64,000 nucleotides of DNA from Candidatus Poribacteria bacterium (GTDB lineage Bacteria > Poribacteria > WGA-4E > PCPOR2b). Positions 56,923-64,000 of this stretch are shown here, piece by piece (within the stretch, counting starts at the first letter, position 1; every line of letters starts with the position of its first letter). A program made the translations under genes and the position numbers. The notes beneath the pieces were generated by a model. It did no database searches. It was not told where the DNA came from and saw only the letters and a list, made by a program, of their open reading frames with translations. The DNA lies in NCBI GenBank assembly GCA_965205075.1, contig OZ242036.1:6285354-6349353 (forward strand). Direction: 5' to 3'.

Positions 56923-57732
56923 ATGTCAGAATCTCAAAACACGCGGATTAGTATCGAAGAACGCTTTCTCTTTGACCTCAACGGCTTTCTGATTCTCCGA
57001 AACGTCCTCTCATCTGAAGAGTGTGCGGCGTACTTGGAAATCTTGAGCAAACTTGAGAGTCAGACCTACGAGGATAAATGGATGGAAACTGTCGGACCGG
57101 GGCGCCCCACTCGTGAAACGAGACGGATCCACCAGATTCGGCTCAACGGTCTGCCTCGACTGCACAGCATCTTTGATCGCCTCATTGACCATCCGCGTAT
57201 CCTACCCTATCTGCATGAATTTGTGGGCGAACCGCAGCTTATTAATACTTGGTCTATCTCCAAATTTTGTGGTGCCGAACAGGGCGGTTGGCATCGTGGT
57301 GTTCCTACCACAGACTATTCGTACAGCAACGGTATTATCCGAAGTCGTATGTTCAACGTTGTGTTCTTTCTCACAGATAACGGTGCGGAGGACGGGTGCA
57401 TCGTTGCACTACCCGGCTCCCACAAAAGCAACTTCGATCTGACTTGGCGGGATTACAAAGGCTTGGAAATGCCCGGCGCTATCGCAGTCACCGGGAAGAC
57501 GGGGGATGTCCTGATGTTTTCCGAAACCGTCATCCACGATGGTTTGCCTAAAACCACCCAGCCCGTTCGATCAAACCTCTACTACAACTACGTCCACGCA
57601 CATTACAACGTCATGACCCGCGAGCGCGGAAATTGCCATCACTTCTATTTTCCGCCGGAGATTCGAGAACGTCTCACACCGACGCAGCGCGAACTTACTG
57701 CTTGGATGGAACTCGCCCGGTGGGATTATTAA
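56923..57732 (+). CDS. PhyH-family dioxygenase
   Basis: FDLNGFLIL, WHRG, LPGSHK, GDVLMFSETVIHDG. Confidence 0.85.
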   Translation: MSESQNTRISIEERFLFDLNGFLILRNVLSSEECAAYLEILSKLESQTYEDKWMETVGPGRPTRETRRIHQIRLNGLPRLHSIFDRLIDHPRILPYLHEFVGEPQLINTWSISKFCGAEQGGWHRGVPTTDYSYSNGIIRSRMFNVVFFLTDNGAEDGCIVALPGSHKSNFDLTWRDYKGLEMPGAIAVTGKTGDVLMFSETVIHDGLPKTTQPVRSNLYYNYVHAHYNVMTRERGNCHHFYFPPEIRERLTPTQRELTAWMELARWDY

Positions 57733-57749
57733 TAACCTCAGCAGAAGCA

Positions 57750-57830
57750 GAACGCAGATCTGCGTTCCCTACGAATTAACCGCACTGCATCGTTGGGGGC
57801 GCAGTGACAGGTTAGGCAACCTGTCGCCAC
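57750..57830 (-). repeat. REP-like palindromes between convergent genes
   Basis: GAACGCAGATCTGCGTTCCCTAC (as at 31590) and GTGACAGGTT-AGGC-AACCTGTCGC hairpin. Confidence 0.6.
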
Positions 57831-57858
57831 GAGTAAAACGGGTGAGATGTGAAAATTC

Positions 57859-59445
57859 TCAGGTCGCGCTCTCCACGCTTTCGATTAGCACGAGCGGCTG
57901 TGGAAAATCGGGTATTTCCATAATCCCCATCGCGTCCTCAACATATTCTTCGCGTTTCATCCCGTTCAGGACAACGGACACCCCCGGCGATGAAGTCACG
58001 AAGTTCAAGGCTCGCTGAGAGAGACTGAGCGCGGCCTGATCATCGGAGAGGTGTTGGTTCAAAGCTTGGGAGATCGGTTCAACCTTCTCCGCCTCCACAC
58101 GGTTAAAAATTTCCGTAATGACTACGAACAGCGTGTTGAGTGCCTGTACATATTGAGCAAGTAAGCCTTCCCACTCCGTTTGATGCTGATCCATACAGGC
58201 AACCCCGGTTTGGCGCAGGTAGGCATTGATCTGTGGAATCAGGTGCTGCTGTAAGATTTGTTCCCAGTGATTGCGATCTTGGATACGCGGCATAAATCCG
58301 CCGAGTTGTTGGGCGATGTCGTAAAAGAGATGGACATTTACTTGACTTTGTACCGAATCGAAAATCCCCCAACCTTTCAGTGTACTCTCCAGCCTTGTTT
58401 CGATTTGGGTTAATGCGCCTTCTGCTAAGGACATCATTTGAGGATAATCGGCGTTTGGATGGTGTTCGTATTGTGCTAAACGGGTCATCTGATTGTTCTT
58501 AAAAGCGTTCAGGGGACGATTCACGAGAACGCCGAGTCCGAGCGATTGCGCCGCTTCAAGGACGGTAACACGTTTTCCGTTGATCTCGTTATTCGTTTCG
58601 GTCAATGCCTCGGATTCAAGCAGGTTGTAAGGCAGTTGAATGGCCTTGAAATGGCTCACGGCATGATCTCCGTACACAGTTTCTGCCGCCTTGGCAGCCG
58701 CTTCATAAACGCGATTGAGAGAGACATGCTCAGGGTCGATTTGTGAGGAAGGAAAAGTATTTGACGAAATACCGTAGTAGCGGATCTTTCCATCGGCTAC
58801 GAACTGTTCCATCTGTACAAATGCGCGGTAGACCCGGTCATAGAAGTTATCACGTATTGCCTCCCAACCAGATTGGGCAGATCTGTTCTTGGCATCGGAC
58901 AGAAAGTATTCCGGGTTGTGTAGCAGGTAGACATCTATGGTTTCCAGCCCCAATCGATCTGTGCTACGCGTCCACTGATCGATCAGAAAATCAGGGTGGA
59001 TACAGTGCCAGCAGCCCTCCATATATTTGACGACATCCTCCCACGGATTGCCTGAAGTCTCTCGTTGTTGTGCTTGTTCAAGGTTTTGCCCCTGCATGTA
59101 GCCGACTTTGGAGACAAGGATGATTTCTTCCCGTTTAATTTTAGTGGCGGAAATCATCTTTTGCAGGACATTACCAATCAGAGTTTCGCTGCCGCCGTCG
59201 GTGTAATTGCTGGACGTATCAATCAGGTTACACCCCGATTCGATTGCGGTTTCGAGCGTTTCAGTTTGTGCTTCATCTTGGTCATGTACGCGGTAAGTGC
59301 CGTAACCGATTTTGGACGCTATCAGATCTGTGCCGGTGAGGCGACGATACGCATTTGCCTCAAAGGAGGGATTTTGGGTGTTCATCCGATCTGCGAAGGC
59401 TTGTGTCGCTTGTGACGTTGCATGTCCGGTGATATTGGAATTCAT
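57859..59445 (-). CDS. Aldo/keto reductase family protein with large helical insertion
   Basis: IGYGTYR, IDTSSNY..G.SE, SKVGY, YLLHNPE, IQLPYNL. Confidence 0.85.
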   Translation of the reverse strand: MNSNITGHATSQATQAFADRMNTQNPSFEANAYRRLTGTDLIASKIGYGTYRVHDQDEAQTETLETAIESGCNLIDTSSNYTDGGSETLIGNVLQKMISATKIKREEIILVSKVGYMQGQNLEQAQQRETSGNPWEDVVKYMEGCWHCIHPDFLIDQWTRSTDRLGLETIDVYLLHNPEYFLSDAKNRSAQSGWEAIRDNFYDRVYRAFVQMEQFVADGKIRYYGISSNTFPSSQIDPEHVSLNRVYEAAAKAAETVYGDHAVSHFKAIQLPYNLLESEALTETNNEINGKRVTVLEAAQSLGLGVLVNRPLNAFKNNQMTRLAQYEHHPNADYPQMMSLAEGALTQIETRLESTLKGWGIFDSVQSQVNVHLFYDIAQQLGGFMPRIQDRNHWEQILQQHLIPQINAYLRQTGVACMDQHQTEWEGLLAQYVQALNTLFVVITEIFNRVEAEKVEPISQALNQHLSDDQAALSLSQRALNFVTSSPGVSVVLNGMKREEYVEDAMGIMEIPDFPQPLVLIESVESAT

Positions 59446-59503
59446 AGAAGTTCCTTGTTTGTTGACAGAGGATTAGTTTTAAATTTCACGTATAGGGTCC
59501 TGT

Positions 59504-60721
59504 ATGATTTTACGCGCAAAATATGTAATGCCAAATAGCCACACGATTATTGAGAATGGCGCGGTTGCCATTCAAGGCTCAAAGATCGTCGATATTGGAC
59601 GTTATCCGACAATTCGGAAGAGCGACACTTCCCCGATACACGATCTTGGCGAAGCGACCCTCACCCCCGGCTTGGTAAATGCACATACCCATCTTGATCT
59701 GACAAGCAGTGCCGATTCAGTTCAACGCACCCCCAAATTTACCGATTGGGTATTCCAAATCGTTGGGAAGCGGACCCCTTCAGCAATAGGACCATCTATT
59801 CGTCAAGGGGTGCAGCAAAGTTTAGCCGGCGGTGTGACAACCGTGGGAGATATCGACGGCAGCGGGGGAGCCGCACAAATTCTGAGGGATACTCCGATTC
59901 GGAAGGTAGTTTTCTGTGAGGCACTCGGTTTTTTCGGTGAACACGCCGCCACAGGACTCGCTCGACTTACGGCATATTTAGATTCCCCCCCTGTGCCGGA
60001 TTCGTTGTTGACACCTGCGTTGTCACCACACGCCCCCTATTCTACATCGGCTGATATTTATCGTCAATGTGCGGCATCTAGTTTGTCAGTTTGCACGCAT
60101 ATAGCGGAAACCAAGGAGGAACTTGAATTTCTCTCCAGCGGTACGGGTGCGTTTGTGGGTTACCTAGAAGCGTTTGGCATTTCAACAGCTGGGTGGCACC
60201 CTCCGCAGGCAACACCGATGCAGTATATGAAAACGTTGGGTGTTTTGCGAAAAAAATCGCTTTTAGCCCACTGCAATTACCTGACTGACGCTGATGTGAC
60301 AATTCTTGCTGAGAGTGGAGCATCTGTGGTGTTCTGTCCGCGGAGCCACCACTACTTCTATCATACCGACCACCCTGTCCTACAACTGATTGAAAGCGGA
60401 ATCAATGTTGCCATCGGGACCGACAGTCTGGCGAGCAATTGGTCTCTGAGTCTACTCGATGAGTTGAAATTCCTCGCACGGACCCAGCCGTGTATCCGCC
60501 CTGAAACGTTATTCGACATGGTGACCTGTAACGGGGCAGAGGCGGTTGGTTTAACACAGGTCGGACGTTTGGAAAAGGATTGGCAGGCGGATATTATTGC
60601 AGTGAAAATTCCAAATGACAATCGTCCGACTATTGAACAGATTCTTGATAGCTCTTCTGAGAACCTATTGACAGTTGTTGGTGGAAAAGTCTGTTACACA
60701 TCAAACCACTGGAAATCGTAG
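59504..60721 (+). CDS. Metal-dependent amidohydrolase (deaminase-type)
   Basis: PGLVNAHTHL, SPHAPYS, HIAE, AHC, GTDS. Confidence 0.88.
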   Translation: MILRAKYVMPNSHTIIENGAVAIQGSKIVDIGRYPTIRKSDTSPIHDLGEATLTPGLVNAHTHLDLTSSADSVQRTPKFTDWVFQIVGKRTPSAIGPSIRQGVQQSLAGGVTTVGDIDGSGGAAQILRDTPIRKVVFCEALGFFGEHAATGLARLTAYLDSPPVPDSLLTPALSPHAPYSTSADIYRQCAASSLSVCTHIAETKEELEFLSSGTGAFVGYLEAFGISTAGWHPPQATPMQYMKTLGVLRKKSLLAHCNYLTDADVTILAESGASVVFCPRSHHYFYHTDHPVLQLIESGINVAIGTDSLASNWSLSLLDELKFLARTQPCIRPETLFDMVTCNGAEAVGLTQVGRLEKDWQADIIAVKIPNDNRPTIEQILDSSSENLLTVVGGKVCYTSNHWKS

Positions 60722-60773
60722 AGCGTAAACCTGCCCCCTAACTCACACAAATCACAAAAAATGGAGGAAATTG

Positions 60774-61115
60774 ATGAAAGCAAATTGGATGTTTTTTAGA
60801 ACTAGCTGAACGTCTTGTCGAAAAGCGCAAGAGTTTCTTGACGCAAACAACATTCAGGTAGACAGTCGAACGGACGCGCGTAAGGAGAAATTGGATCCAA
60901 CCGAGGTTTGGGAGCGTATCAAAACCGCTGGATCCATTCACGTTGCTAAGGGTAAAAAAGTCGATGTTTTCGATCCAAATGTTGGTTCACAAGACGCCAT
61001 CCTCAAAGCGGTTATGGGACGAAGCGGAAATCTACGTGCACCTACGCTACAGCTCGGAGATACTTTTTTCGTTGGATTCAGTGCGCCGTTATACGACGCG
61101 ATTCCAACGGCATGA
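60774..61115 (+). CDS. ArsC/Spx-like thioredoxin-fold selenoprotein (UxxC)
   Basis: GGAGG RBS; MKANWMFFRTS-TGA(60807)-TSCRKAQEFL... continuous in frame with ORF 60891-61115 (GRSGNLRAPTL..VGF); SECIS-like hairpin at 60825-60844. Confidence 0.8.
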
Positions 61116-61162
61116 ATGCTGCGTGACATGGGCCCACAGGAGAAGCAGCTTTTGACAAGATG

Positions 61163-61252
61163 GCTCATTTAAAAAGAAGGTGCAAAGCACACAGAGAAAC
61201 CGAGTTTTTTCGGAAAAACTCGGTTTCTGTTGCACTATTTCTTAACATGAGC
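61163..61252. repeat. MITE-like element with AGAAACCGAGTTTTT hairpin
   Basis: Imperfect 23-bp TIRs (17/23) GCTCAT...ATGAGC around a 15-bp perfect stem; core repeated at 63069-63109. Confidence 0.6.
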
Positions 61253-61386
61253 GAGCAAAATTGAGTGTGCAGGAAACAATTGTATCATCCGTCCCACATG
61301 AATACCAGCAATTTTAATGATAAAAAATCCCGACCACATCGTCTTACGTCTTACGTTATTGAATCTTAAAACGGTGGGTATTCGCC

Positions 61387-63084
61387 ATGAAAATTGAATC
61401 TTCTAATGAAGTAGATCTTGTCCGGCAAACGCTAAATGGCGATACGTCGGCGTTTGATCGGTTGGTCAAGATACACCGAACAACGATCTATGCGCTGGTT
61501 CTGTCATATATCAAAAATCCGGCAGATGCTGAGGACCTGACACAACGGATATTTATTCGGGCATACGAGCGGTTGGCAACCTTGCGGGAGTTGGATCGCT
61601 TTCGACTGTGGCTCCTACAGATTGCACACAACACCTGCAAGGATTGGCTCCGGCGGCGAAGTGGTTCGACGACCCGCTTCGAGACAGCTAACGACACAGA
61701 TTTTGCCGAAGTCGCTCCATCTCCTGAAGATATTGCCCTGAAGGCTGAAATCGAAACCGTTGTGCGACAGGCAATCAGTACCCTACAGGAAACCGACCGC
61801 CGGCTGATAGAAGCACGTTATATGGAAGGGGCGGATTACGATCAGCTGCAGGTCGAGTCCGGCTTGTCGTATGCTGGGGTCGCCAACCGCCTCAAGCGTG
61901 CAAAGCGAGAGATTCGCTGCCGAATCGAAAAACTGTTGGGCTGTGTGGCGATATTGCCGGGTCGAACATTTATTTTGGGAGGTATAGAAGCCGTGAAATT
62001 ATCCGTGAAAGCGAAACTCGCAACGGTCGGGGTTGCCGCAGTCATCGGAATCGGTGGGGGCGGTGTGGTGTATCACCACGCATTTGAATCGAATCCTGTT
62101 GGAGTAAACGAACGAGCAATTTCGGAAATGAACGCTGTTACAGAGGATTTATCAACGAAGGTGGTAAATCAGACAGATACAACGTCGGGTAATAGGATAC
62201 CTGTGCCTAAGAAAGGTGAAGCGCATCGCTTTGAGATGTCAGCAGATGACTCTAGTGTGAAGCCTTTGAAGACCGTTGAGGTCAAAGATATACGGGAGGC
62301 TGTACGGAAAATCTTGGAAAGGGCACTATCGGAAGAAACACTTGAGAAGCTGCCAGTAGAAGAGGTTACTCAAGCGATAATAGAAATACTGAAAAACAGT
62401 GATGACAGTGGTAGTAATACAATTACTCAAGTGTTCAAGGATGAAGAGGGCCGAAGCATAATGTGGTACCCAGTAACAGAAGAAACAGAAGAAGAGTTAA
62501 AGCAGAACATCGTACTAACAGAAGAGGAATTAAAGCAGAAAGTCGCAAGTGGAGAATTTATCCCTATCCGGGTCAAAAGTGAGGCTGAGGGCACGCTCGG
62601 AGAAAATATTAAGTATATGTTCGCGGGCCCACCCCTATCAGAGGGATTGCAGGAAATCTTAAATGAAAAGTTTACGCATATCCCCACAGAACCCATGCTG
62701 TTGACGTCAACGGAATCGCAGCCAAGTTCCGCTCATTCTGTATTAACCCCCTCCGACCCGTCGGCTGATTCCACTGTTACCTCCTCCGAAACGTCTGAAA
62801 GCACCGCTCAATTTTCAGATGAAGATTGGGCAGAAGTTGAAAAACTGTTGAGCGAATTTTCAGATGAAGATTGGGCGGAACTGGCGAGACTACTGAGAGA
62901 TTCCGCTGTAGAGGAAACGCCTCAACGGGATGAGGGGGCACCGCTCCACCCTAAACAGCAACAACAAATTGAAAAAATCGTTGAGGAAACGCCTGTTGAT
63001 CCATCCGTGCGACAAGAGATACAGCACCAACGGCGTCTCCCCCTTGAAGGCAATGCCGACGTACGGAAAGAAACCGAGTTTTGA
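61387..63084 (+). CDS. ECF sigma factor with transmembrane C-terminal extension
   Basis: sigma2 (AFDRLV, DAEDLTQ, WLLQIAHN), sigma4 (RLKRAK), TM helix at about aa 210-230, acidic C-terminal region with internal repeats. Confidence 0.85.
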   Translation: MKIESSNEVDLVRQTLNGDTSAFDRLVKIHRTTIYALVLSYIKNPADAEDLTQRIFIRAYERLATLRELDRFRLWLLQIAHNTCKDWLRRRSGSTTRFETANDTDFAEVAPSPEDIALKAEIETVVRQAISTLQETDRRLIEARYMEGADYDQLQVESGLSYAGVANRLKRAKREIRCRIEKLLGCVAILPGRTFILGGIEAVKLSVKAKLATVGVAAVIGIGGGGVVYHHAFESNPVGVNERAISEMNAVTEDLSTKVVNQTDTTSGNRIPVPKKGEAHRFEMSADDSSVKPLKTVEVKDIREAVRKILERALSEETLEKLPVEEVTQAIIEILKNSDDSGSNTITQVFKDEEGRSIMWYPVTEETEEELKQNIVLTEEELKQKVASGEFIPIRVKSEAEGTLGENIKYMFAGPPLSEGLQEILNEKFTHIPTEPMLLTSTESQPSSAHSVLTPSDPSADSTVTSSETSESTAQFSDEDWAEVEKLLSEFSDEDWAELARLLRDSAVEETPQRDEGAPLHPKQQQQIEKIVEETPVDPSVRQEIQHQRRLPLEGNADVRKETEF

Positions 63085-63109
63085 AGAAAAAACTCGGTTT
63101 CTGTTGCAC
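63069..63109. repeat. Second copy of AGAAACCGAG hairpin, overlapping sigma stop codon
   Basis: AGAAACCGAGTTTT-gaagaa-AAAACTCGGTTTCT-GTTGCAC. Confidence 0.7.
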
Positions 63110-63151
63110 GATAATATATTGGCTTGCAGTGGAGAAGGAAGGTGATATCTC

Positions 63152-63931
63152 ATGAAGCAGATGATGGTTATGTTGATACTTACATTATTTGTGTCATCAG
63201 TAAGGGCAGGGATATTTCGTGATGATTTTAACGATGGCGACTTAAAGGGATGGACGTTTGTGCTCGGGGCCGAAAATGGGGGGATTCAAAATGGTGAATT
63301 GGTTCTCAGTTCTCCTAAAGCGGAGGCTGTAGCAGAGGTTATGATTGCTGTTGATGGTATAATCGCAAGCGACTACGAAGTGTCGGTCTCTGTGAAAATA
63401 AGCAGGCTAGCTAGGGATATCAACAGTGGTGCATTCATTGGGATGCGCGCTCATACGAATCCGCTCCTTGAGCCGCACCTTAAGGAGGGGAAGAGGGAAT
63501 GGAAGAAGATAGAGTGGATTCAAACACTTTGGTACAGGCAATCCTATCAGTTCCTCCTAGGTAATCAAGATATAAATGTTCAAGATATAAGAAGAGGTCT
63601 TGCAGCGAATATTGAACATGTGGAGTTTGACGAACGGGGTATCTTCCACAAGCGCAATCTGCGCGCGTTTCAACTATTTGATTTCAGGCTGCACAAGTGG
63701 TATCGTTTGAAGATCCTTGCCAAGGGAAATCGGTTCCAATGCTTTATTGATGACACAGAAATGCTAGATTTTCTTGACGACACCTATACGGCGGGTAAAA
63801 TTTATCTGTCGTCAGGATTGGGGAACCGAGTCCACTTCGACGACTTTGAGGTTCAATACGAGGCTCTTTCAGTGCAGCCCCGGGGGAAACTCACGACCAC
63901 TTGGGGAGAGATAAAGAGTGACTTCCATTAA
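63152..63931 (+). CDS. Secreted beta-sandwich (LamG/DUF1080-like) protein with C-terminal KLTTTWGEIK motif
   Basis: Signal peptide, FRDDFNDG, KWYRLKI..KGNRFQCFID, GKIYL..VHFDDF, SVQPRGKLTTTWGEIK. Confidence 0.75.
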   Translation: MKQMMVMLILTLFVSSVRAGIFRDDFNDGDLKGWTFVLGAENGGIQNGELVLSSPKAEAVAEVMIAVDGIIASDYEVSVSVKISRLARDINSGAFIGMRAHTNPLLEPHLKEGKREWKKIEWIQTLWYRQSYQFLLGNQDINVQDIRRGLAANIEHVEFDERGIFHKRNLRAFQLFDFRLHKWYRLKILAKGNRFQCFIDDTEMLDFLDDTYTAGKIYLSSGLGNRVHFDDFEVQYEALSVQPRGKLTTTWGEIKSDFH

Positions 63932-64000
63932 AGTGCTGTCACGTATATTTGCATGGAACCTATGTACTGAATATATTTCCGCTAAATATTCGACTTTGAT

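Noticed and set aside
1-64000. tRNA, rRNA, riboswitch, prophage or defence island
   Set aside because: None recognised by eye; a covariance-model scan would be needed to exclude small RNAs.

Overview
Bacterial chromosomal window of roughly 50% GC with about 50 protein genes. I found no rRNA, tRNA or CRISPR array. The gene content suggests Candidatus Poribacteria or a relative (inference): four PhyH-type dioxygenases, BNR sialidase-like proteins, a sulfatase, Gfo/Idh/MocA oxidoreductases, an ECF sigma factor with a long membrane-anchored extension, and a secreted protein ending in the VQPRGKLTTTWGEIK motif. Housekeeping genes are rpiA, zwf, ppgK-like, accD, mfd, a tandem-fused uvrA, surA and lptD. 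Most notable: (1) an LptD whose barrel is interrupted by about 390 aa of parvulin/SurA-like domains, at the end of a parvulin-rich envelope gene string preceded by a consensus sigma54 promoter; (2) a cold-shock domain fused to two Hfq/Sm-like domains; (3) a ~30-bp palindromic micro-element (QVAPNPDxIGG) inserted in frame in three unrelated genes; (4) an ArsC-like selenoprotein (UxxC plus SECIS-like hairpin) missed by the ORF track; (5) an intact tnpB-only IS200/IS605 element with inferable ends and TAM (TTCAT); (6) a tandem CYTH/VTC-like protein; (7) several MITE, REP and heptamer repeat families, one with target-site duplications at all four copies. All protein assignments come from motif recognition by eye, not database searches.
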